Virus record (IMG/VR): IMGVR_UViG_3300011337_000669
Source: a virus
Taxonomy: Duplodnaviria; Caudoviricetes
DNA: 64,000 nucleotides
Direction: 5' to 3' (one strand)
The notes beneath the pieces were generated by a model, which was not told the origin of the DNA, searched no databases, and was given only the letters and a program-made list of their open reading frames with translations. Within the stretch, counting starts at the first letter, position 1, and each line of letters opens with the position of its first letter. Of this stretch, positions 40,105 to 49,673 are shown in pieces. The position numbers and the translations under genes are program-made.

Positions 40105-41198
40105 TGAAAAAAATTGTAGTATTAGGTGGTGGAGGGTTCATAGGTGGACACCTTGCCAAAAGATTAAAAGAAGAAGGAAATCATGTACGAGTATGTGATA
40201 TTAAAAAACACGAATACTTCTTCCAAGACGAATTCTGTCATGAATTTATATTAGGTGACTTAACAGACCCCAAAGTTGTAGAATTAGTAATCGAAGAGGG
40301 TGTTGATGAAGTTTATCAACTCGCGGCAGATATGGGAGGAGCGTTATACATTTTTACCGGAGAACACGACGCAGATGTAATGTACAACTCAGCGACCATT
40401 AATCTTAATGTCGCTCGTGAAGCGGTAAAGAAAAAAGTCGGTAAACTATTTTACTCATCTTCAGCATGTATGTATCCCGAACACAATCAGATGGACCCTG
40501 ACAATCCAAATTGTGAAGAATCCTCGGCTTATCCTGCTAATCCTGATTCTGAGTATGGATGGGAAAAATTATTCTCTGAAAGATTATACTTGGCGTTTAG
40601 TAGAAACTATAAATTGAATGTTAGAATTGCAAGATTCCACAACATATTTGGACCACAAGGTACATGGAATGGAGGTAGAGAAAAATCACCTGCGGCTATG
40701 TGTCGAAAAGCTGTCGAAACTGAAAATGGTGGAGAAATTGAAGTTTGGGGTAATGGTTTACAAACTCGTTCTTTCTTGTATGTTGATGAATGTGTTGAAG
40801 CAGTACTTAGATTAATGGAATCCGATTTTGAAGGTCCTGTGAATATTGGTAGTGAGGAAATGGTTACAATCAATCAGTTAGCTGAAATGGCAATTGAAAT
40901 ATCTGAAAAAGATATCAATATCAAAAATATTGAAGGTGTAGAATTTACTAAGAAGTATGGTTTCAAGTGTCCATTGGGGGTTAAAGGGAGAAATTCTGAT
41001 AATAAATTATACCGAGAAAAAATTGGATGGGAAGTAAGTCAACCTTTATCAGTAGGTTTGAAAAAAACTTACCAATGGATAAAATCACAAGTTGATAAAA
41101 AAAACAATGAAACTTTGTGGATTTATGAAAGTCCTGATGGGGGAGATACAGTTTATAAAAGAGAGTCAGGAAATATAGATAGACATAAAGTTAAATAA
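40104..41198 (+). CDS. NAD-dependent epimerase, GDP-D-mannose 3',5'-epimerase-like
   Basis: GGGGFIG, QLAADMGG, YSSSACMYP, SEYGWEK, RFHNIFGP.GTW.GGREKSPAAMCRK. Confidence 0.85.
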   Translation: MKKIVVLGGGGFIGGHLAKRLKEEGNHVRVCDIKKHEYFFQDEFCHEFILGDLTDPKVVELVIEEGVDEVYQLAADMGGALYIFTGEHDADVMYNSATINLNVAREAVKKKVGKLFYSSSACMYPEHNQMDPDNPNCEESSAYPANPDSEYGWEKLFSERLYLAFSRNYKLNVRIARFHNIFGPQGTWNGGREKSPAAMCRKAVETENGGEIEVWGNGLQTRSFLYVDECVEAVLRLMESDFEGPVNIGSEEMVTINQLAEMAIEISEKDINIKNIEGVEFTKKYGFKCPLGVKGRNSDNKLYREKIGWEVSQPLSVGLKKTYQWIKSQVDKKNNETLWIYESPDGGDTVYKRESGNIDRHKVK

Positions 41199-41204
41199 TT
41201 AACA

Positions 41205-41939
41205 ATGGGTAGATTAACAAAACCAAAACCAACTGCAACTTTACCAAGTGAAGAAGCTCCGATTAAAAATAAAAAACAACAAATTTGTTCAATAATTAAA
41301 CGAAAAACCAAAGAAAAATTTTTAACTGAAAGTCAAAAGGAATACTATGAAAAATTAGTAAACAATCAGATTAGTATTTGTTCAGGTCCGGCCGGTGTTG
41401 GAAAAAGTTATATCGCTATGAAATGTGCGGTCGATTTATTATCTGACCCTAATACACCTTATGAAAAAATTATAATTGTAAGACCTGCAGTTGAGGCTGA
41501 AGAAAAATTAGGTAGTTTACCTGGTGGTGTTGAAGAAAAACTTGACCCATATATTTTTCCATCATATTATCTATTGAATAAAATAATTGGTAAAGATAAT
41601 AGAGAAAAATTAAAGGAAATTGAGTCAATAGAGGTATTTGCATTGGCATACATGAGGGGTATGAATATTGACAACTCAATTTTGATTTTTGAGGAAGCTC
41701 AAAATTCGACACCAAGTCAAATGAAATTGCTATTAACTAGAATAGGATTTAACTCAAAATTTTTTATATCAGGAGATTTGGAACAATTTGATAGACACAA
41801 AGACAAAACACAAACTGGTCTTTGGGATGCTCTTAAGAAATTTCAAAATATGAATGATATTGGTGTTTTTGAATTCAAGTCTACAGATATTGTTAGAAAT
41901 CCATTAATATCTAAAATATTAGAAAAATACGAAGAATGA
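41205..41939 (+). CDS. phoH: PhoH-family ATPase
   Basis: GPAGVGKSY, RPAVE, LGSLPG...KLDPY, AYMRG, EEAQN, RIG, GDLEQFD. Confidence 0.9.
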   Translation: MGRLTKPKPTATLPSEEAPIKNKKQQICSIIKRKTKEKFLTESQKEYYEKLVNNQISICSGPAGVGKSYIAMKCAVDLLSDPNTPYEKIIIVRPAVEAEEKLGSLPGGVEEKLDPYIFPSYYLLNKIIGKDNREKLKEIESIEVFALAYMRGMNIDNSILIFEEAQNSTPSQMKLLLTRIGFNSKFFISGDLEQFDRHKDKTQTGLWDALKKFQNMNDIGVFEFKSTDIVRNPLISKILEKYEE

Positions 41940-42535
41940 GAATTGGGATTGAGTTGAATGGAGTTTTAAGGGACACTCTTAAAAAAATACAACAAGAGTA
42001 TGAAAAATGGTATCTAAATAATCCATTCAAAGAAGAAAGTGACGAAGATGATTTCAAATATGAGGTTTTATCTGACCTAACTACATTAAACATTTCAAAT
42101 CATTTGAAATTTAGGTGTGAAGATGAATTGTATGATTTTCTATATAAAGAACACACTATGGAAATTTTCGGGCATGCGGGTTCCGTGGAACCTTCAGGTC
42201 TTGTAGAATTAAATGAATTTTACTTAGACCTGAGAGAATCTCATGACATTATTATTGTTTCGGATGAAATAGGTAAATCAAAACCTGCATCATTATTTTT
42301 CATTTCTAAGTTTGGTTGTTTAGTTGAAACTGTAAAATTTTATAGTGAAAGTACAATTAATTCATTGTGGGATTCTGTAGACATTTTACTTACCGCTAAT
42401 CCTAAACTATTATTGGATTATCCAAAAAACAAAATGGTAATTAAATTCAATACAATATATAACGAAGACATTGAATCCGATTTGAATATTTCAAGTCTTA
42501 AGGAGTTAAAAACAAAAATACAAGAAATAGCATGA
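41936..42535 (+). CDS. HAD-like 5'(3')-nucleotidase-fold protein with a degenerate motif I
   Basis: RIGIELNGVLRD instead of DxDGV; otherwise NT5C-like size and pattern. Confidence 0.5.
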   Translation: MRIGIELNGVLRDTLKKIQQEYEKWYLNNPFKEESDEDDFKYEVLSDLTTLNISNHLKFRCEDELYDFLYKEHTMEIFGHAGSVEPSGLVELNEFYLDLRESHDIIIVSDEIGKSKPASLFFISKFGCLVETVKFYSESTINSLWDSVDILLTANPKLLLDYPKNKMVIKFNTIYNEDIESDLNISSLKELKTKIQEIA

Positions 42536-42816
42536 TACAAGTATTAGGAGAAAATTATTTTATCGACTTAGATGAAATTGAAAGTTATCTTGATATGAGC
42601 CAGAGTGAAGATTCCTCTGATTCAGAATCAGGAGTAACAGAAACAAAAATTAACATTATTAAATTTGAAATGGTTAAGTTGTTGTTAGACACGGTCCTTA
42701 CCGAGCAAGAAGTCGTAGATGAAAAGCTTGGTATGAAGTCAAACTCTAATGTAAGTATACCATTCAAAATCGCGTTTAATAGTTTATTAAATAAAAAACT
42801 TATCAATCATTATTAA
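42532..42816 (+). CDS. Hypothetical protein
   Basis: 94-aa ORF overlapping the upstream stop. Confidence 0.7.
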   Translation: MIQVLGENYFIDLDEIESYLDMSQSEDSSDSESGVTETKINIIKFEMVKLLLDTVLTEQEVVDEKLGMKSNSNVSIPFKIAFNSLLNKKLINHY

Positions 42817-42817
42817 T

Positions 42818-43870
42818 ATGGAAAACCAACTTCAAGAAAAAGTAAAACAATCCATTACGATACTAAGAGAAAAACAAGCCAGAATATATTTTTTAGTTCA
42901 AGATACTAAAGGTAATGCAAAGGCATCTGTAAGACTCATATATCAAATGGCAAAAACATTAAAAGACAATGGATTTAATCCAATTATCCTTCACGAAAAA
43001 TCTGATTATGCGGGTGTTGTGGCATGGTTAGATGAAGAATACATGTCCTTACCTCACAGAGCAATCGAAGGTCAAAATTTAGAAATTTCACCTGAAGATT
43101 TTTTAGTCATCCCAGAAGTATTCGGATTTGTTATGGACCAAGTAAAACAACTTCCTTGTGCCAAAATTGTATTAACTCAACAATACGCTCACATGTTGGA
43201 AACTTTACAACCAGGTCAAACATGGAATCAATTCGGATTCCTAAAATGTATTACTACTTCGAGTAAACAAAAAGAATATATTGAAAGGGTTATGAGACAA
43301 GTCTCATTTGATATTATTGACCCTTTGATTGGTGAGGAATTTACACCTAAGTCGATACCAGCAATGCCAATCATCGGTGTTCACACAAAAGAACAAAGTG
43401 ATGCTATTAATTTAATCAAAACTTTCTATTTGAAGTTTCCACAATACAGGTGGTTTACTTTTCGAGATTTGAGAGGTTTGTCAGAAAAAGAATTTGCAAA
43501 TTCTTTAAGAGACTGTTTTTTAAGTGTTTGGATTGATGACCACAGTGGATTTGGAACGTTTCCTTTGGAATCTATGAAATCTAATGTACCAGTCATTGGA
43601 AAAGTTCCAAACCTGTCTCCTGATTGGATGAGCGAAGACAATGGTATTTGGGTGACGGACCAAACTTTATTACCTGATTTAGTTGCCGATTATGCACAAA
43701 ATTGGTTGGAAGATAATATTGACCCACAAATCTATGAAAAAATGAAAGAAACCGTTGAAAGGTATATCGATAAACAAAAGTTTGAATCATCCATTGTTTC
43801 ATTATTTGATGGTTATTTAACCACCCGAGCTGATTCATTCGAAAACCAAATCACCAAAACAGAAGAATAA
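42818..43870 (+). CDS. GT-B fold glycosyltransferase-like protein
   Basis: LVIPE, SGFGTFPLESMKSNVPVIG (Ex7E-like segment). Confidence 0.6.
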   Translation: MENQLQEKVKQSITILREKQARIYFLVQDTKGNAKASVRLIYQMAKTLKDNGFNPIILHEKSDYAGVVAWLDEEYMSLPHRAIEGQNLEISPEDFLVIPEVFGFVMDQVKQLPCAKIVLTQQYAHMLETLQPGQTWNQFGFLKCITTSSKQKEYIERVMRQVSFDIIDPLIGEEFTPKSIPAMPIIGVHTKEQSDAINLIKTFYLKFPQYRWFTFRDLRGLSEKEFANSLRDCFLSVWIDDHSGFGTFPLESMKSNVPVIGKVPNLSPDWMSEDNGIWVTDQTLLPDLVADYAQNWLEDNIDPQIYEKMKETVERYIDKQKFESSIVSLFDGYLTTRADSFENQITKTEE

Positions 43871-43871
43871 T

Positions 43872-44678
43872 ATGAATAATACATTATCACTATCAGTAAT
43901 ACTTCCCATAAAATCTTCCAAAGCGAAAGATTTCGATGAATATTTTGAAAAGGCGATTTCATCTCTAAAAAATCAAACAGTTGGTTTCGAGGAATTAGTT
44001 ATCGTACATACACAAGAAGAATCTTTAATTGACCACCTAAATTCTTATGATTTTGGGGATTTGAATGTTACAAAATTATTGTGGGATAAAGACCCAAGTT
44101 ATGCAAATCAAGTAAATTACGGAATTAAAAACGCAAAGGGAACTTGGGTTTCTCTTTTTGAGTTTGATGACGAATATTCTTCAATTTGGTTCAAAAATGT
44201 ACAAAAGTATGTTGAATCATTTCCTGATGTTCAAATGTTTTTACCTGTGGTTGTTGAAACGGATGAGAAGGGATTATTTGCGGGATTTACAAACGAGGCA
44301 ACTTTCGCGGCAAACTTTTCACAAGAAATGGGGATTTTAACTAATGATACCCTACAAGAATACCAAAATTTCCAAACTGCGGGGTCTGTATTCAAAAAAT
44401 CAATTATCGAAGATTTTGGAGGTTTCAAACCGTCAATTAAATTGACATTTATTTATGAACTTTTATTAAGACTGACATACAACTCTGTTTCAATAATGAC
44501 AATACCAAGACTTGGTTATAAGCACGTTAACCTCAGAGAAGGTTCTGTTTTTTGGAACTATAAATTTGGTGTAGATAAAATGATTGAAGACGAAGTTAAG
44601 TTTTGGATACAGACAGCAAAAAGAGAATATTTTTTCACGGACGATAGATCCATAAAATATCAATCAGATAATGCTTAA
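43872..44678 (+). CDS. GT2 glycosyltransferase
   Basis: SVILPI, VNYGIKNAKG, LFEFDDEY. Confidence 0.75.
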   Translation: MNNTLSLSVILPIKSSKAKDFDEYFEKAISSLKNQTVGFEELVIVHTQEESLIDHLNSYDFGDLNVTKLLWDKDPSYANQVNYGIKNAKGTWVSLFEFDDEYSSIWFKNVQKYVESFPDVQMFLPVVVETDEKGLFAGFTNEATFAANFSQEMGILTNDTLQEYQNFQTAGSVFKKSIIEDFGGFKPSIKLTFIYELLLRLTYNSVSIMTIPRLGYKHVNLREGSVFWNYKFGVDKMIEDEVKFWIQTAKREYFFTDDRSIKYQSDNA

Positions 44679-45424
44679 TGCAAGAATCACTCTCTGCTGT
44701 AACAGAGGATGTTTTATCAAAAAAACGAGGTAGAAAGGCGGTTAAAGAAAATTATTTTGATGTAAGAGAAGAAGAGGCCGTTAGAAAATTTCTAATCGCC
44801 GAAACTTCATACGAAAAAAATAAAATATATAATCAATTTTTGAGGTTACCTTTAGATAAAATGATTTCCTCAATTATACGACGATACAAGTTATATCGTA
44901 AAGACATGAATTTCGAGGAAATTCATACAGATACACATTCCTTTCTCATGACTAAGGTTGATAAGTTTAAGCCAGATAAAAATAAGAAGGCTTATTCTTA
45001 TTTTGGTACTATCTGTAAAAATTATCTTATGGGACAGATTATAAAAGACCAAAAAGAAACTAATAGAAAAATATCATACGAAGATATTTCATCAAGTCTT
45101 GAAGAAAGACCTGATATGTCTTATCGAATAGATGACGATATTATTGAAACTGATTACGTTATCAATAAATATTTGGAGGAATTAAAAGATTACATCGAAT
45201 TAGAACAACTAAACGATAATGAAAAGAAATTAGGTTATGCTCTAATTGATTTGTTTGATAATTATGAATCAATATTCTCAGGTGCTGACAATAATAAATT
45301 TAACAAAAATGTTATTCTTTTATCATTAAGAGAAATGACTAATTTAAGTACCAAAGAAATACGTAGTTCTATAAAAAGATTCAAAAAATTATACATTGTA
45401 ATTCAATCAAGAATCAAAAACTGA
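44678..45424 (+). CDS. gp55: T4 gp55-like late-transcription sigma factor
   Basis: KFKPDKNKKAYSYFGTICKNYL matches the sigma region 2/gp55 pattern (F.P.K...F.YF..I); about 250 aa. Confidence 0.65.
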   Translation: MQESLSAVTEDVLSKKRGRKAVKENYFDVREEEAVRKFLIAETSYEKNKIYNQFLRLPLDKMISSIIRRYKLYRKDMNFEEIHTDTHSFLMTKVDKFKPDKNKKAYSYFGTICKNYLMGQIIKDQKETNRKISYEDISSSLEERPDMSYRIDDDIIETDYVINKYLEELKDYIELEQLNDNEKKLGYALIDLFDNYESIFSGADNNKFNKNVILLSLREMTNLSTKEIRSSIKRFKKLYIVIQSRIKN

Positions 45425-45443
45425 TAAAAAAGTATTTATAGAA

Positions 45444-45812
45444 ATGCCGAGACCTCAAAGAAAAGAAATTAATTTCACTAAAGATTCTATATTATCACTC
45501 ATGCAAGAAATTTATAATGAACTTGTTGAGCAAAGACAGACTGCAATTAGAATTCAAAATAAAATGTTGGCTTTATTAAAAGACCCATCCGACATGACTA
45601 CTATTGGCCCTGTAATCGAGAAACAACAAAAAATTGTAAACGATTGTGTGGAGAAAAAAATTAGTTTATCAAAACTACAGTCAAGTATTTGGGAGAAAAC
45701 AAACAACAACAAAGAGGAATCATTCTCTCTTGCAGATTTAGACGATGATTTGATACAGAATCTCATTGAAAAAGATGTTTCCAAAGATGAGGAATCATAT
45801 AAAATGAGATAG
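45444..45812 (+). CDS. Hypothetical coiled-coil protein
   Basis: 122-aa ORF preceded by GTATTTATA. Confidence 0.7.
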   Translation: MPRPQRKEINFTKDSILSLMQEIYNELVEQRQTAIRIQNKMLALLKDPSDMTTIGPVIEKQQKIVNDCVEKKISLSKLQSSIWEKTNNNKEESFSLADLDDDLIQNLIEKDVSKDEESYKMR

Positions 45813-45815
45813 ACT

Positions 45816-47912
45816 ATGCCATTAGATATAAATTCGACTCAACAATCAATTCAGAGTAAAATTGATGCTTATAAAACCTATAGAGAAGTATCTACGTCTG
45901 AAAAAGGTTTATTAGGTAAATTGGGTAATTCCGCATCAGAGGCAACTTCTCAAATTTCGAGTCAACTCGATAAAGTAAGTGAATTCCAAAAGAGATTTCA
46001 AAGAAACCCTCCAAATTCGATGGATCAACTATTGGGGTTTTTAGGGCAAACTCAGGGTAATGGAAGTTCAACTCTAAAATATCTTAGAACAAAAATATTA
46101 GAAGCCGCAGTTCAAATCGAGCCAAAAGTGGCAGGTATATTAAATAAAGAAACTATAAAAGCTCTTGGATGTTCGGTTGAACAAACATATAATGGAGTGT
46201 CAGCTGAAAGTTTGTCTCTTCAACCAATTCCATTAAGACCTCAACAAGAAGGAATATATATACCAGTCAATTCTTTAGATTTTTTTTCAAATCTAAAGCA
46301 GTCACCAGAAACTAATTTCGGTAAAATTTATTATGAAAAACCAGATCCATCTGCCGATTCAATATTTCGGCCGTATGGAGGTCCGCAACCATTCCCAATG
46401 AATAAACAATTATTCAATATGATGACTTCTGACAACGCTGGAAGGTCGTTCAATCAAATAAATGGGAAAAATTATTTAGGAAAATCAGGACAAAACCTTT
46501 TTGATTTACAATACACTAATACTAATAGTTTTGGTGTGACCGGTGATTATTACAGAGTTTTTCTTATTGATAGAGAAGATGGATCTGGTAATATAACCAA
46601 CAACGTTGGGGAGTTTATTTCTGATTACTACAGTACCATCAAATTAGTCGATTCGGTTGATATTGGTGCCCAAATTGTCAACATAATTTCAGGAGCAATT
46701 AATTATAATACTCAAGTTGGATTCGGAGAAATAAATAACCAGTCCAGATTTGCCCTTATAGTTCAGAGAATTCTTGGTTTATGCTTCGACGACAGGAGGG
46801 AAATAGATGTTAGTGGAGTTGCTAAAATTGCTGAATTAGATGGTGTTGATGATTCATTTTTTGAACTTAATGAAATTGATTTAAGAAATATCGATGTAGA
46901 AATATCAAATGTTCAAAATGGTATTATGGAATTTGAGGATTGTGATAACATCAAACTCCCCGTAAATTCTGAAGTTTTAATTGATGAATTAATTGATTTT
47001 AGAAATACTGAAAGTGGTAACACCGTAGAACAGCAAGTTGAAATTCTTGGACAAATTATTGATTCCATATCTGATAATCCTGATTGGTCTCTAACAGCCC
47101 CAACAAACTTAAATGTAAAAGTATCGATAGATAAAAATCTCATTAAAAAAATACCTTTAGCAGTTGCTGCATCCGTATTAACTCCAAAAAATTTACTACC
47201 GCTCTATACTTTATTATCCGTAATACAATCCGGAGCAACTTTTACATATAATAAATCAGTTTCTGAAGTTAATGAAACTACAGAATCAATAACTTCATTT
47301 GGAAATCAAGGAGCTAACCTCGGTACTCCGGAAAGTAACATTGTTAATAGTGCTGAAGATTTCTTAAAAAAATATAAAACTTTTGCCATTCAAGTCATTT
47401 CTCAAATAAATGCTGAGTTTCTTCAAGTCCTTTATGAGATACTAAAAAAAGACATCGTTAATTTAGTTTCGGCAATCATTGGGGATATTTCTAAATCAAA
47501 ATTATTAAAAAAATATGCGATAATTTTGAGATTAGCACAACTTGCGTTAATAGTATCTCAGTTGGTAAATGACTATCGAAAGTGTAAGAGTCTTTTGGAT
47601 AATATCTTATTACTATTGAATTTAGTGGGTCAAGGATTGAATGCAAACTCTCCTTTACGAAATGAAATACCTTTACCGCTATTGTTATTATCAAGTGTAT
47701 TACCAGGTTATTCTCCTGAAAGAGCGACAATAAACGCAATCCAATTACTTCAGGGATTAGGAATTCCTACAGGAACTTTACCTGATGGGTCACCAAATTT
47801 GATGTTATTATATAATTTAGTAACAAATAAAGCCGCAGACCAAGAGGAAACCGAGAATGGAAAAATTGAAATAGGAGTTGTGGGAGCACTTGGATTTGGA
47901 AAAAAAATATAA
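45816..47912 (+). CDS. Large hypothetical protein, probably structural
   Basis: 698-aa ORF in the operon leading to the spike-like gene. Confidence 0.55.
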   Translation: MPLDINSTQQSIQSKIDAYKTYREVSTSEKGLLGKLGNSASEATSQISSQLDKVSEFQKRFQRNPPNSMDQLLGFLGQTQGNGSSTLKYLRTKILEAAVQIEPKVAGILNKETIKALGCSVEQTYNGVSAESLSLQPIPLRPQQEGIYIPVNSLDFFSNLKQSPETNFGKIYYEKPDPSADSIFRPYGGPQPFPMNKQLFNMMTSDNAGRSFNQINGKNYLGKSGQNLFDLQYTNTNSFGVTGDYYRVFLIDREDGSGNITNNVGEFISDYYSTIKLVDSVDIGAQIVNIISGAINYNTQVGFGEINNQSRFALIVQRILGLCFDDRREIDVSGVAKIAELDGVDDSFFELNEIDLRNIDVEISNVQNGIMEFEDCDNIKLPVNSEVLIDELIDFRNTESGNTVEQQVEILGQIIDSISDNPDWSLTAPTNLNVKVSIDKNLIKKIPLAVAASVLTPKNLLPLYTLLSVIQSGATFTYNKSVSEVNETTESITSFGNQGANLGTPESNIVNSAEDFLKKYKTFAIQVISQINAEFLQVLYEILKKDIVNLVSAIIGDISKSKLLKKYAIILRLAQLALIVSQLVNDYRKCKSLLDNILLLLNLVGQGLNANSPLRNEIPLPLLLLSSVLPGYSPERATINAIQLLQGLGIPTGTLPDGSPNLMLLYNLVTNKAADQEETENGKIEIGVVGALGFGKKI

Positions 47913-47914
47913 AC

Positions 47915-48127
47915 ATGAAAGACGAAAAATTTAAGGAAATCTTAGATAGTCAACTATCTCTTAAGGATTTACCAAATACAAAGTTGGTTGAGTTTATGGA
48001 TTTACTTTCATCCGATTTTGATACAACAAAAGAATCTATAATTAAAAGTACTCTTTATTTGGACAAATTAGAAGAATTATATGATAGGGTATTAAAAGTT
48101 TATCAAGATAGAAATAATGGAAAATAA
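47915..48127 (+). CDS. Hypothetical protein
   Basis: 70-aa ORF overlapping the next start. Confidence 0.65.
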   Translation: MKDEKFKEILDSQLSLKDLPNTKLVEFMDLLSSDFDTTKESIIKSTLYLDKLEELYDRVLKVYQDRNNGK

Positions 48128-49652
48128 TTCAATATTTTTTCAGTGTAGGGTACTAAATACTGAAGACCCAATGATGTTGGGAAGAATTCGAGGTGTTAGA
48201 CTTATCGACAATTATGACGATATCTTGAAAAGTATTAGTGACCCTCCATGGAATGAAGAAAAAGATATATGGACTGCTCGAGACCCATTTATATTCAATG
48301 CATTACTTCCATATTTCGTATATTCGGTTCCGAAAGTCGATGAATTGGTTCAGGTGATTTATGTAAACAAAGATTTCCAATATCAAAATCAGTACTACGT
48401 TCAAAATACCTTCTCAAGTCCAACCGCAACCTTCAAAGAATATTATTTTGGTGGAAATAAATTCACAGGTACGGGTATGCAAATCAAAAACCCAAAACCA
48501 CTCAAAAATCAAGATGGGACTTTTACTGACCAATCAATACACAAAGGTGTGTTTCCTCAACCAGGGGATAATGCTTTAATGGGTAGAGGTAGTGCTGATG
48601 TTATTGTAAAACAAGACGAAATTTTAATTAGGGCAGGTAAATTCAAAGGAGAACAGTTGCAACCGAATGTAATACCTGTCGCAAACCAACAAAGAGGGTT
48701 TTTACAACTCTCTAAGTTTCAAAGTATCTTACAAAATTTAGAACCAAAAGTTTATTTTGAATTACAAGAAGATGTTTTATTAACCAAATATTTAATCGAA
48801 TGGACTCTTACAAATCCTGAAAATACACAAGATAAATTCTCTGGATCGGTTTATTTATATCAATTGAAGCCAAATCCTACCGTAAATTCCAAATTAATTT
48901 CAGTAGATAGTGAAATTTCAGAAAACCTTAAAAAATTGGTTGCACTTGAATCATTTGAGATGTTATCCAAAATAGAAACTATTAAATTTATAAATGATTT
49001 CATAAAGCAATGTAATGAAACAGATGTTACTAAAAGTGGTGTTAAATTGTTCAATGACAATAATGCGTCAAATAAATTTCCAATTTATTATCGGCCTAAT
49101 ACAATAATGTATTCGAAATTGAATCCATCAACACCGTTAGGATCATCAGCAACACCAATAGAAGTTAGTAACATCAGTGACGTTTATAAGGGGATAAAAT
49201 TAAATCCTTCATTGAAAGGTGGTTATGGTTTAATTTATGCAAAAGGAAAAGTTGGAATTCCGAGAACTCCTGTAAAAAAGGTAGTCAAACAACAAAAGTA
49301 TGTTAATCAAGAATCATCTTACGGGGCATTAGGAAGTGATGTTTTATTTTTAGTTTCTCACAACTCACAAATTCCTGGTAAGGGTAAAATTAACTTTGAC
49401 GATACTTTATATGGTATAACTCCCGAAAAATTTACGAATGAGTTATTACCAAAAACTTCAAGTATGGTTAGGGGAGAAGAACTTTTAGAATTAATAAATT
49501 TGATTGTCAAATTCTTGGTAACTCACACTCACGCATATCCAGGTCTTCCACCAGTACCCATAACTCAAGAAGGAACAAACACACAATCAATTCTAACCGA
49601 ACTGAATAATGCAGTCAACAAAATTCTAAGCAAAAATATTCGACTTAATTGA
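48117..49652 (+). CDS. Baseplate central spike (gp5/VgrG/gpV-like)
   Basis: N-terminal OB-fold pattern CRV...EDP.MLGRIR; C-terminal THTH (HxH) tip motif. Confidence 0.6.
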   Translation: MENNSIFFQCRVLNTEDPMMLGRIRGVRLIDNYDDILKSISDPPWNEEKDIWTARDPFIFNALLPYFVYSVPKVDELVQVIYVNKDFQYQNQYYVQNTFSSPTATFKEYYFGGNKFTGTGMQIKNPKPLKNQDGTFTDQSIHKGVFPQPGDNALMGRGSADVIVKQDEILIRAGKFKGEQLQPNVIPVANQQRGFLQLSKFQSILQNLEPKVYFELQEDVLLTKYLIEWTLTNPENTQDKFSGSVYLYQLKPNPTVNSKLISVDSEISENLKKLVALESFEMLSKIETIKFINDFIKQCNETDVTKSGVKLFNDNNASNKFPIYYRPNTIMYSKLNPSTPLGSSATPIEVSNISDVYKGIKLNPSLKGGYGLIYAKGKVGIPRTPVKKVVKQQKYVNQESSYGALGSDVLFLVSHNSQIPGKGKINFDDTLYGITPEKFTNELLPKTSSMVRGEELLELINLIVKFLVTHTHAYPGLPPVPITQEGTNTQSILTELNNAVNKILSKNIRLN

Positions 49653-49673
49653 TATTTATTAGTTAAAAGATAA

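Noticed and set aside
95-45424. A bacterial capsule/LPS locus rather than phage DNA
   Set aside because: The region is contiguous with T4-like head and baseplate genes and a gp55-like sigma factor, and it lacks flippase/polymerase genes
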